A DNA stretch of 35,901 nt from Candidatus Hermodarchaeota archaeon (GTDB taxonomy: Archaea > Asgardarchaeota > Lokiarchaeia > Sigyniarchaeales > SOKP01). Within the stretch, counting starts at the first letter, position 1, and each line of letters opens with the position of its first letter. Below the pieces are notes generated by a model. The model was given only the letters and a program-made list of their open reading frames with translations, ran no database searches and was not told the origin of the DNA. The DNA lies in contig JBHLLP010000034.1 in assembly GCA_048885525.1 (NCBI GenBank), positions 1 to 35,901 of the forward strand, read 5' to 3'. This document shows positions 8,915 through 18,241 of the stretch, piece by piece. A program made the position numbers and the translations under genes.

Positions 8915-10264
8915 ATGAAAAATAACTCTCATAAATTAACGCTAATATCGATCGTTTTATTTATCGTAATCCTTTCTCTTGTTTATTCTATTCAAAATAT
9001 GATTTCTCCAAATCTAGAAATAATTTCATATTATTTTGGATTTGGTGGAGCAACGGCCCAATTGGGCATTTTAACATCTATATTTACTATTTTATCAGGT
9101 ATTGCTATTGTTATTTTTGGTTATTTAGCAGATAAAATCATGAGAAAATGGATCGTCTTTAGTGGTACTTTGTGTTATTCAATTTTTTCAATCTTTATTA
9201 TTTTAGTTACACCAAGCTTAAGTGGATATTACTTATTCTTTTTCCTTACTTCAGTGAACGGAATTGGTTTTGGTGCCATAATTCCAAGTATCTTTTCTTT
9301 AATGGGTGATTTAATATCTCAAGATAATAGATCTAAGGGATTCTCCTTTTTCTCTATTGCCTCTCTTCTAGGGATGGCTTTAGGACTGATAATCGCTACA
9401 ATAGTAGGACCAATCGATTGGAGATTATCTTATTTTGTAATAGGGATTTTAGGGTTCATTATTGGAATCATGATTCTTTTTATTCAGGAGCCATCTCGTA
9501 TTGGTAAAGATTATATAATGTTAATGGAAAAAGATGCAATAGAATACACATATAGAATAAAAAAATCTGATTTAAAAGAAATTTTTAAAAAAAAGAGTAA
9601 TATATGGCTCGTTATAAATTTCGTTGATACGATTCCTACTGGAATTATCTTGTTTTTGATCTTTTATTATATGAGTGATTTTCATAACGTACCTGAAGAT
9701 ATATCTTTAATATTCTTAGGAACTATTCTTATAAGCCTTCTTATTGGTACAATTGTATTTGGATTTATTGGTGATAAATTATTTCAAAAAGGTATGAAAA
9801 ATGCTCGAGTATTACTCGCTCTAATGGGAAATGTAATACCCATACCCTTTATATTCATTGCTTTAATAATTCCTTATTATGCTCCAAACAATATATCTAC
9901 TGGAGAACTTTTTGCCATTCCTGAAGCTGTAATTATGATAATTTTAATGAGTATTGGCATGTTCGCTAATGGAGCGGTAAGTGGGAGCTGGTATGCCACA
10001 GTAGTTGACTTAAATCTTCCAGAACATAGAGGAACTACACTTGCGACAGCAAATTTTTTCGACATAATTGGTAGATCATTGGGTCCTTTAATTGGTTCAT
10101 TTATAAGAGATGCTTTCGGTTCTGTGTATGGTATGATGACATCAATTATTGCTTGGATATTTCTTCCGTTTTTCTGGATAACTATTCTTAAAAATGTGAT
10201 ATCAGAAATGGATTCAACAGAAAAAATTTTTTCAGAACGATTAAAAGAATTAGAAAAATCTTAA
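8915..10264 (+). CDS. MFS transporter (spinster-like)
   Basis: GYLADKIMRK and GFIGDKLFQK motif A copies, 12 TM pattern, NLPEHRGT. Confidence 0.9.
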   Translation: MKNNSHKLTLISIVLFIVILSLVYSIQNMISPNLEIISYYFGFGGATAQLGILTSIFTILSGIAIVIFGYLADKIMRKWIVFSGTLCYSIFSIFIILVTPSLSGYYLFFFLTSVNGIGFGAIIPSIFSLMGDLISQDNRSKGFSFFSIASLLGMALGLIIATIVGPIDWRLSYFVIGILGFIIGIMILFIQEPSRIGKDYIMLMEKDAIEYTYRIKKSDLKEIFKKKSNIWLVINFVDTIPTGIILFLIFYYMSDFHNVPEDISLIFLGTILISLLIGTIVFGFIGDKLFQKGMKNARVLLALMGNVIPIPFIFIALIIPYYAPNNISTGELFAIPEAVIMIILMSIGMFANGAVSGSWYATVVDLNLPEHRGTTLATANFFDIIGRSLGPLIGSFIRDAFGSVYGMMTSIIAWIFLPFFWITILKNVISEMDSTEKIFSERLKELEKS

Positions 10265-10276
10265 ACTCGTTTTTTC

Positions 10277-10498
10277 TTATCTCCAGGCAGCATGTTGTAA
10301 TATAGCTTTAAATGGACAAGTATCTTGGCATGCACCACACTCAATACATTCACCAATATTTTCAGCATTAACTTTGCCATTTATAACCTCATAGACTTCA
10401 GCGGGACATACATTTACACAATCTCCCGATCCCATACAAAGATCCAAATCTATTTCTACCCAGTGATTATTTTCTTCCCATCTTTTTATATTTGTCAT
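10277..10498 (-). CDS. 4Fe-4S dicluster ferredoxin (73 aa)
   Basis: CMGSGDCVNVCP (second Cys replaced by Ser) and CIECGACQDTCP. The real start is ATG 10498 (MTNIKRW); the longer ORF adds an AT-rich spurious leader. Confidence 0.9.
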   Translation of the reverse strand: MTNIKRWEENNHWVEIDLDLCMGSGDCVNVCPAEVYEVINGKVNAENIGECIECGACQDTCPFKAILQHAAWR

Positions 10499-10592
10499 AA
10501 AAAAATAATTTTTAATGTTAATTGCTAAGAAAGATACTATTAAATAAATTATAATCAAAAAAATAAATAGGTTCAGTATATAATTCATAATA

Positions 10593-11744
10593 GTGATTAA
10601 CTTGGAACTTGAAACCCTTTTCAGTCCAGAAAAAATAGGAAATGTTCAAATTAAAAATAGAATAGTGCGTTCGGCTACTCATATGCGAAGTACAGAGAAA
10701 TATGGGTATGTTGGTGATAAGCTTATTGAAATTTATAGGGAATTAGCGAATGGAGGTACTGGATTAATAATATCTGGGTTTACAGCTGTAGATCCAGGAG
10801 GTACTGCTAATCCATATCAAGCATGTTTATATGATGATTCATTTATACCCGGACAAAAGAAACTAGTAAAGCAAGTTCATGAGTATGATGAAACTAAAAT
10901 AGCTATTCAAATAGCACATACTGGTCGGCAAGGTAAACATTCAAAATACCATCCAGTAGCGCCATCTGCAGTACCTTTTAAATATACAGGATTAACGCCT
11001 CGAGAACTAAAAACTGAAGAAATAAAAGGATTAATTCAGAAATTTATAACTTCAGGGATAAGAGCATATGAATGTGGATATGATATGGTACAGCTCCATG
11101 CAGCTCATGGTTATTTTTTATGTAATTTCATTTCACCACGCACTAATTTAAGAACAGATGAATATGGTGGAAGTATTGAGGGTCGAGCAAAGATCTTAAT
11201 TGATATCTATACAGGTTTAAGAGAGAATTTAGGAAGAAAGTTTCCTGTCACAATTAAATTGCAGATTGAGGATTTCGTTCCAAATGGATTAACCTTAGAA
11301 GAAGGTGTAGAATTCGCTAAATTACTCTCTAAAATTGGATTTGATGCTATTGAACCAAGTGGAGGTGGACAAGAAACTCAAATCTTAGCTAAAAAACAAT
11401 ATCCTAGTCTGAGAATCAAAACATCCGAAGAAGAAAATTATTTCTTGCCTCACATTAAAAAGATCAAACCATTTCTAAATAAATGTAAATTAATTGCGAT
11501 GGGGGGAATTAAAAATCCTATTGCTGCTGAAAAAATTCTTAAAGAGAGCATTGCCGATTTTATATCATTATGTAGACCCTTAATTTATGAACCTGATCTT
11601 CCGAAGCGTTGGCAAAGTGGTGATATTTCACCCGCAAAATGTATTAGTTGTAATGGTTGCTATATGAGTATGATGCAAGGCCCTGTATATTGTGTAACTA
11701 AGAAAAGAAGAGAAGAAAGAAAGAAAAATGACTCCAAAACCTAG
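10593..11744 (+). CDS. NADH:flavin oxidoreductase (Old Yellow Enzyme family) with C-terminal Fe-S motif
   Basis: IKNRIVRSAT, QIAHTGRQ, QLHAAHGYFLCNFISPRTNLRTDEYGGS, CISCNGC..C. Start GTG 10593 or TTG 10602. Confidence 0.92.
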   Translation: MINLELETLFSPEKIGNVQIKNRIVRSATHMRSTEKYGYVGDKLIEIYRELANGGTGLIISGFTAVDPGGTANPYQACLYDDSFIPGQKKLVKQVHEYDETKIAIQIAHTGRQGKHSKYHPVAPSAVPFKYTGLTPRELKTEEIKGLIQKFITSGIRAYECGYDMVQLHAAHGYFLCNFISPRTNLRTDEYGGSIEGRAKILIDIYTGLRENLGRKFPVTIKLQIEDFVPNGLTLEEGVEFAKLLSKIGFDAIEPSGGGQETQILAKKQYPSLRIKTSEEENYFLPHIKKIKPFLNKCKLIAMGGIKNPIAAEKILKESIADFISLCRPLIYEPDLPKRWQSGDISPAKCISCNGCYMSMMQGPVYCVTKKRREERKKNDSKT

Positions 11745-12651
11745 TAAAAGTACTTATTCTGATCACTTATTTCAATTCCGATCAGTAGAAAAAAGGAAGC
11801 TCATAATTTCATTAACAATCACAGTAATCGTAATGTGCTTAGAAATTTTAGGTGGGATAATAACAAATAGTATTGCTTTAATAAGCGATGCTGGCCATAT
11901 GTTTACCCATGCGTTCGCAATATCAATTAGCTTATTTGCGATATTTATTGCTCGAAAACCACCTTGTCATCATAAAACATTTGGTTTATATCGAGCGGAA
12001 GTTTTAGCAGCATTTATCAACGGTCTCTTTCTTATCCCTATTGTAGGATTTATTATTTATGAAGCGATTTATAGGTTTTTACATCCACAGGAGATCTTTG
12101 GATTTTATATGTTAATCGTAGCATTTATAGGGTTAATTGTTAATATAACAAGCATTTTAATTCTTCAAGGTAGCCAGAATTCCAGTTTAAATGTTAGGAG
12201 TGTTTTCTATCATATGATTGCTGATGCAGCTTCTTCTATCGGAATAGTGGTAGCTGCAGTTATAATAATGTTTACAGGATTTGTTTTACTTGATCCTATC
12301 GTAAGTTTAGGTATTTCAGCTGTTATACTTTATTGGGCATGGGGGATTTTAAAAGAATCTGTTCGTATTTTACTTGAAATGGCTCCAAAAGGAATAAATG
12401 TGGATACTATCGCTGAGGAATTAAAGAAAAGCTTTCCCGAAATTGTCGAATTATATGATGCCCATCTCTGGACAATAATTCCAAATATGCTAATTTATTC
12501 TGCCCACATTCTCCTAAATAATGATATTGTAAAAAGTAATCAAGAGAATGTGATAGTAAAAATCAATGAATTTTTATCCAAGAATTATAACATTATTGAA
12601 TCAACAATTCAAATTATCTCCGAAGATAAAGTAGAAACATGTAGTATTTAA
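11728..12651 (+). CDS. Cation diffusion facilitator (CzcD/ZitB-like Zn/Co/Cd efflux)
   Basis: SIALISDAGHMFTH, TFGLYRAEVLAAFING, NVRSVFYHMIAD, DAHLWTI, STIQI. Confidence 0.92.
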   Translation: MTPKPSKSTYSDHLFQFRSVEKRKLIISLTITVIVMCLEILGGIITNSIALISDAGHMFTHAFAISISLFAIFIARKPPCHHKTFGLYRAEVLAAFINGLFLIPIVGFIIYEAIYRFLHPQEIFGFYMLIVAFIGLIVNITSILILQGSQNSSLNVRSVFYHMIADAASSIGIVVAAVIIMFTGFVLLDPIVSLGISAVILYWAWGILKESVRILLEMAPKGINVDTIAEELKKSFPEIVELYDAHLWTIIPNMLIYSAHILLNNDIVKSNQENVIVKINEFLSKNYNIIESTIQIISEDKVETCSI

Positions 12652-12736
12652 ACTCATATGTTTTATAAGTATAAAATAAACCTTTATATACCACAATACA
12701 CCTAAATTATTAACACAAATTTCAAATCTGATTATT

Positions 12737-13186
12737 ATGCCTGAAAATCAAATTTCATCGTATTTTGTTGGTGCTTTAATTACTAGTGCATTGGGTTGGA
12801 TTTTACTCTTAGCAACCGATCTTGGTGGTTTTGATGGATCAAATTACTATCTTGGAGTATATTTATGGGGTGGTATAGGTGCATGGTCAGGGGTGTATGG
12901 TTTACCTATTCTGTTAACTGCATTTTTACTTATTTATTGTACTGTCATATCGATTTTAGTATTGAGGTTTCCTGACAAAATCCCAGATAAAAAATATGTA
13001 CATTATGGTTTTTATTTAGCTATCATTTCATTCGTTCTTACATTAATTAATGGAATTATTTTTGCTGCTGTAGCAGAAGGTGAAGATTGGTGGTGGTGGC
13101 TTGATGCAGGATTTTATGCTGGAGTAATAGGCGGATTATTAACTGCAATCCTATTCTATTTAGGAGAAAAAAACATAGAATTATAA
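12737..13186 (+). CDS. Hypothetical 4-TM membrane protein
   Basis: 149 aa, four hydrophobic segments, Gly/aromatic-rich first loop, WWWWLDAGFY. Followed by an oligo-T tract at about 13191-13212. Confidence 0.7.
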   Translation: MPENQISSYFVGALITSALGWILLLATDLGGFDGSNYYLGVYLWGGIGAWSGVYGLPILLTAFLLIYCTVISILVLRFPDKIPDKKYVHYGFYLAIISFVLTLINGIIFAAVAEGEDWWWWLDAGFYAGVIGGLLTAILFYLGEKNIEL

Positions 13187-13299
13187 AAATTATTTTTCTT
13201 TTTTTCTTTTTTGAATAATCTAACTAATAAGTTGAATTATAATTGACTTTTTTATATTAGCTACTTTTTGATATTTAAAAGTAGAAGTAAAAGCAAATT

Positions 13300-14478
13300 A
13301 TGGAAAGAAATTATAAATCTAATATACTCAAAATCTATATCTTTTCATTTATTTTAGGGATTCATACGGTTAGAGGCGTTTATATACCCTTTATGACGAT
13401 CTGGGGCGGGATATCCTTTTTTCAGATAATGATTCTACAAAGTTATTTTACTGGAATGATAGTTCTTCTTGAAATTCCTTCTGGAGCAATAGCAGACTTT
13501 TTAGGACGTAAAACAGCACTATTACTCTCTGCGTTTTCAGTTGCTTGTGCGGCACTTACATATAGTATTGTTCCAAATTTTTTCTTATTCATGCTAGCAG
13601 AAACTTTATGGGCTTTTGGGGTAGCTCTAACGTCTGGAACAAGCGATGCTTTTGTATACTTTTCATTAAAATCTTATGGTAATGAAAAGAAGCTCTCAAA
13701 TACTCTTGGAAAATCTAATACTTTGAGGTTAATTGCACTAACGATATCGGCACCAATAGGATCTATTATCGCACATTTTATCTCTTTACAATTTACAATG
13801 ATTTCATTGGCTTTTATTTATATAGGGGCATTCTTAGTTGCATTAACTTTTAGAGAGCCAAAATTAGCGATTAATAATTATAAACAAGAAAGTTATTGGA
13901 AAATAATTATTTCAGGTTTTAAGGAATTACGCAAAAATAAAATATTAAGAATTTTGGCGCTTGATTGGATACCTATTAATGTACTGATATTTTTTCTATT
14001 TTGGACGTATCAAGTTTATTTGGATGCGATTAACATTCCACAATTGTGGTTTGGATTCATTTTAGCTGGTATGAATATAGTTAATGCTCTTTTTTCAATT
14101 ACAATACCACTATTACTAAAATCATCCAAAAACAAAAAGAAATTTTTGATCTCGATTAATATAATAAATGGGATTGCGTATCTGTTTTTAGGTGTAACTA
14201 CTATTATTCCATTAGGTATTGCTATCCTTTTAACAATTGTAGCATTTGGTTACACAAGATATCTTATTTTTGTGGATGGAATTAACATACAGATTGAATC
14301 TGAAAACAGAGCTACAGTACTTAGCACTATTAACATGTTTGGGAGTTTAATAAGAGCATTAATTTATCCAATTGTTGGACTCCTCGTAGAATGGAGTGTT
14401 TTTAGTGTTTTTATCATGACAGGAGCTTTAATTTTATTTCTTACAATTTTCACTAGATCTAAAAGCGATTATCTTTAG
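13300..14478 (+). CDS. MFS transporter
   Basis: LEIPSGAIADFLGRK, SGTSDAFVY, IESENRATVLS; 12 TM pattern. Confidence 0.9.
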   Translation: MERNYKSNILKIYIFSFILGIHTVRGVYIPFMTIWGGISFFQIMILQSYFTGMIVLLEIPSGAIADFLGRKTALLLSAFSVACAALTYSIVPNFFLFMLAETLWAFGVALTSGTSDAFVYFSLKSYGNEKKLSNTLGKSNTLRLIALTISAPIGSIIAHFISLQFTMISLAFIYIGAFLVALTFREPKLAINNYKQESYWKIIISGFKELRKNKILRILALDWIPINVLIFFLFWTYQVYLDAINIPQLWFGFILAGMNIVNALFSITIPLLLKSSKNKKKFLISINIINGIAYLFLGVTTIIPLGIAILLTIVAFGYTRYLIFVDGINIQIESENRATVLSTINMFGSLIRALIYPIVGLLVEWSVFSVFIMTGALILFLTIFTRSKSDYL

Positions 14479-14519
14479 GAAAAAAAGTAAAGCAGATTTA
14501 ATATTGAACTAATAAAAGT

Positions 14520-16217
14520 CTATTCAGTTTCTTTTTCTGCTCGTTCTCTTAATTTTCTACGGAAAATTTTACCAACAGTGGTTCTTGGTAATACTGTTAC
14601 GAATTCTACCAAACGTGGATACTTATAAGTTGCCATTTTTTCTTTTGACCATTCGATAATATCTCGCTCTGTAATTTTTCCTTGATATTCTGGTTTAAGA
14701 GCTATATAGGCTTTGATAGTTTCTCCAATATTTGGGTCTGGGGCAGAAACTACTCCTACTTCTAAGATTGCGGGATGTTCATATAATTTTTCTTCAATTT
14801 CTTTTGGCATGACTTTATATCCTTTATATTTTATCATATCTTTGGTTCGGCCTTCGATATAAAAATAGCCTCGCTCGTCCATTCGAGCTAAATCACCGGT
14901 TCTAAGCCAATGACCGACAAAAGTAGCAGCTGTAGCTTCTGGATTCTTCCAATATCCCTTCATAACTTGAGGTCCTTTTAAAAACAATTCTCCTACTCCT
15001 CCAGGAGGGAGTTCTGCTAATGTTTCTGGATCTACGATTTTTGCATCTGTATCAACAATCGGAACACCTATGCTTTCAGGTATTGTTTCTGGTAACCATT
15101 TTGGTTGAGCATGAGTGATTGGGGATGTTTCAGTTAATCCAAATCCTTGACCTACTTTAAAACCCAATTGGCTCTCCCATTTTCTATTTATTTCAGTAGC
15201 TAATGTTGCTGAACCGGAAGTAGCAGTTTCCAGACTTGAAAGGTCCAGCTCCGTAAATTCGGGAGAATTAACTAACATCTGAAACATAACAGGCACACCC
15301 GTAAAAGTATTGCATTTATAATATTCTATTGCTTCGAGAACTTCTGAAGCATTAAAAGATTGAAACATAACTAACATTGAGGCAATGAACGACGTGATAA
15401 TTAACACTTGAAACCCAAAACTATGACAAATAGGGAGAACTGTTAAGCTTACGCGGGTACCATAAATGTCTGGATCGTCTTCTCTGGATTCTCTCATATT
15501 TTGCATAGCACAGACTGCATTTGAAACTAAATTATGATGAGTCAACATCACTCCTTTAGGTAAACCTGTAGTACCTCCAGTGTATAATAATGCTGCGATA
15601 TCATTCATGGGATCTATATCCACATCAGGTTGTTTTGATGCCTTCCCATTAATAAATTCTTCCAAAGTAATAGTACCCTCTTTAGCTGTTTCAGATTGAA
15701 GTAAAATCACATTTTTTAACGCAATTTCATTCCTTACCTTTTTCATGGTTCTGAAATTATTTTTATGGACAAAAATCGTATTAATATTTCCAGCATCTCT
15801 AATAATGTGGGCGACGTCATTCTCTTTGAGAAGAGAGTTTATTGGAACAACAGCTGCACCTGTCTCCATGATTCCCATACAACAAAATAAAAATTCAGGG
15901 CAATTAGCTGTCATAATACCAACAGCTTCCCCCTTTTTTATGCCTTCTTCGTATAAAGCATTAGCTATTTTATTTGATATATAAATCATTTCACGGTATG
16001 TATATTTTTTATCTGCTGGTTTATAATAAACACATACATTATTTGGATACTTAGATGCTGATTTTTTAATAAATTCATGAACAGGAATAGGATCGAATTT
16101 TACCGTTTTTGGAATATAATCTGGTCTAAGCTTTAACCATGGACGATTTGGATTTTCAATGTAAGGAGACTCATTCTCATAATCGGGGATTGCTTCCCAC
16201 TCTGAATAATCTTTCAT
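14520..16217 (-). CDS. fadD: Long-chain-fatty-acid--CoA ligase
   Basis: YTGGTTGLPKG AMP-binding motif, QGFGLTETSP, GPQVMKGYW, LRTGD, PRTTVGKI. Confidence 0.9.
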   Translation of the reverse strand: MKDYSEWEAIPDYENESPYIENPNRPWLKLRPDYIPKTVKFDPIPVHEFIKKSASKYPNNVCVYYKPADKKYTYREMIYISNKIANALYEEGIKKGEAVGIMTANCPEFLFCCMGIMETGAAVVPINSLLKENDVAHIIRDAGNINTIFVHKNNFRTMKKVRNEIALKNVILLQSETAKEGTITLEEFINGKASKQPDVDIDPMNDIAALLYTGGTTGLPKGVMLTHHNLVSNAVCAMQNMRESREDDPDIYGTRVSLTVLPICHSFGFQVLIITSFIASMLVMFQSFNASEVLEAIEYYKCNTFTGVPVMFQMLVNSPEFTELDLSSLETATSGSATLATEINRKWESQLGFKVGQGFGLTETSPITHAQPKWLPETIPESIGVPIVDTDAKIVDPETLAELPPGGVGELFLKGPQVMKGYWKNPEATAATFVGHWLRTGDLARMDERGYFYIEGRTKDMIKYKGYKVMPKEIEEKLYEHPAILEVGVVSAPDPNIGETIKAYIALKPEYQGKITERDIIEWSKEKMATYKYPRLVEFVTVLPRTTVGKIFRRKLRERAEKETE

Positions 16218-16413
16218 AATAATTACCCTTAATTATGATTGATGTATCTTTTATCTTAATTTAAATTAATTCTTATAAAAAGAATCAATCTAAATATTTA
16301 AAAATCTTTACTTAAAAAAGAGACGCAGATACAAAAAGTAAAAGGTTAATATATAAATTAATGTATAAAAAATATGAATTTTAATCGTTACATTAAATAA
16401 ATGGAGAAGAATT

Positions 16414-17313
16414 ATGAAAGAATTAAAGAATAAAAATTGTTTTATAACTGGAGCTGCTAAGGGGATAGGGCGCGCTTTTGCATTAGCTTTGGCGAAAGAA
16501 GGGATGAACCTTTTCATCACAGATGTTGATCTAGAAAATTTGGAAAAAGTAAAAAATGAGATCGAAGATGTGGGAGTGGAAGTATATGCAGGTAAGTGTG
16601 ATGTGTCTAAATTTGAAGATTTCGCAAATATTGCTCGTGAGTTCTATTCCAAATTAGGAGATGTGGATCTTTTGATAAATAATGCAGGAATTTCAATAGC
16701 TGGTGCTGTAAATAACTTAGAGTTAGAAGATTGGAAAAAAGTACTTAATGTAAATTTATGGAGTGTTATTCATTCATTAAAAGTATTTTTACAACGTATG
16801 ATTGAGAGAGGTTCTGGTCATATTACTAATGTATCTTCAATCGACGGAATAATTGGTTCCCCAGATCCCATTACTTATATCACATCAAAATTTGCAGTTA
16901 TAGGTCTTTCAGAAGCGCTCTATGGTCAGCTTATTAATCGAGGTATAAATGTTTCAGTAATACTACCTTCATACGTAAGGACTAATATTTATGATAAAGC
17001 AAAAGTGAGATATCCGAAAAAACTTATAGATGACATTGGTGAACAAAAATTAGAAGAATTTAGAAACTTAATGGTGCATGGCTATAGTCGTACAGCTTCA
17101 TCTCCCGATCGTGTAGTTAAAAAATATATCAAGGGAATTAAAGAGAACCAATTATTTATTTTTGATACGAATTGGCCTCTCCCTATTATGGCCTTAAAGG
17201 GAACTTCTCCTCAAAAATATCAGGACTTTTTAAAGAATTTGCATGAGAATTATTTCAACTCAATGAAAGAAACATTCTTAAAAATAGGTGTAAATATAGA
17301 GGATTATATGTAA
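16414..17313 (+). CDS. Short-chain dehydrogenase/reductase (SDR)
   Basis: TGAAKGIG, NNAG, NVSS, catalytic YITSK. Confidence 0.92.
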   Translation: MKELKNKNCFITGAAKGIGRAFALALAKEGMNLFITDVDLENLEKVKNEIEDVGVEVYAGKCDVSKFEDFANIAREFYSKLGDVDLLINNAGISIAGAVNNLELEDWKKVLNVNLWSVIHSLKVFLQRMIERGSGHITNVSSIDGIIGSPDPITYITSKFAVIGLSEALYGQLINRGINVSVILPSYVRTNIYDKAKVRYPKKLIDDIGEQKLEEFRNLMVHGYSRTASSPDRVVKKYIKGIKENQLFIFDTNWPLPIMALKGTSPQKYQDFLKNLHENYFNSMKETFLKIGVNIEDYM

Positions 17314-17345
17314 AATAGAAAAAAGAATTTTATTTCTAAATTTTA

Positions 17346-18152
17346 TTAGATTTCAATATCCCATTTTAAGAATGAATATTGTACGAATTTTTCTGGTTCT
17401 AATTCTGCAACCACAGAACCTCTAAGCATAGAATTATTTCCTTTTATGTAAACTGCTCCTAAAATTTTATCAACTGCTAGTTCGCTCCAAGGATCATTAT
17501 TGGAGGAATTTAATGTTATTTCAGCATTTCCTAATTTTAATTCAGTGGGTCGAAACACGATTTCCTCTCTGACTAGACGAGGATGATAATCAAAAAACTT
17601 GCCATCCGGAGCTGGAAAGTGTTTATAATTATAGAAGTAAAAAGAAAAATCTTTTCCGGGGTCACCACCAGTTCGGTCAATCGCTAATTGAATAAAATCT
17701 GAAGAATTAGGTCTACCATTTATCTTTGCCTTAACTTTAAAAAAACGTATTCCATGGCGTTCTATCCATCCTTCTAGGTTTCTTTTTTCGCGTTGTAAAT
17801 GAATACTAGCTATCTTTTTCGGATAACCAAATATTTCTCGACCAGCTGCAAGCGCCATATCATTTGTCACAGGCATTGCTAAGCAATAAAAACCTTCTAC
17901 ACCTTCAAATTCGCATGCTAAAAATAATGCACCTTCTTTATATATGAGACCAAAATTTGTTTTTGGATAATCTGCAACAATAGCAAAGACAATTGATCTA
18001 TCCAAAGGTTTAAGAGGTGGTGGAAGTAATTTTTCAATAATGTCAGGTTTTGTTTCCCACCATACTGTTAAAATTTCAGCATCATAGAAATCAAAAGATT
18101 CTCTATTAGAAATAAATCCTCCTGAATTTCTTAAAAAACTCAATAATTTCAC
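17346..18152 (-). CDS. Acetoacetate decarboxylase family protein
   Basis: LLPPPLKP, YKEGAL, GREIFGYPKK (Schiff-base Lys motif), DPW. GTG start. Confidence 0.85.
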   Translation of the reverse strand: MKLLSFLRNSGGFISNRESFDFYDAEILTVWWETKPDIIEKLLPPPLKPLDRSIVFAIVADYPKTNFGLIYKEGALFLACEFEGVEGFYCLAMPVTNDMALAAGREIFGYPKKIASIHLQREKRNLEGWIERHGIRFFKVKAKINGRPNSSDFIQLAIDRTGGDPGKDFSFYFYNYKHFPAPDGKFFDYHPRLVREEIVFRPTELKLGNAEITLNSSNNDPWSELAVDKILGAVYIKGNNSMLRGSVVAELEPEKFVQYSFLKWDIEI

Positions 18153-18241
18153 TTTTTTATTTACTTTTTTAGATTAATTATATAGATTGTATTATAATAA
18201 AAAATTATACATATATTTTTCTTTAATAGTAGTTTCTATTG

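Noticed and set aside
10499-10588. Apparent TM/signal leader on the ferredoxin
   Set aside because: Translation of the AT-rich divergent promoter region; ATG 10498 gives a normal 73-aa ferredoxin.
16256-16269. Perfect 14-bp palindrome ttaatttaaattaa between fadD and the SDR
   Set aside because: A/T-only and single copy; not distinguishable from background.
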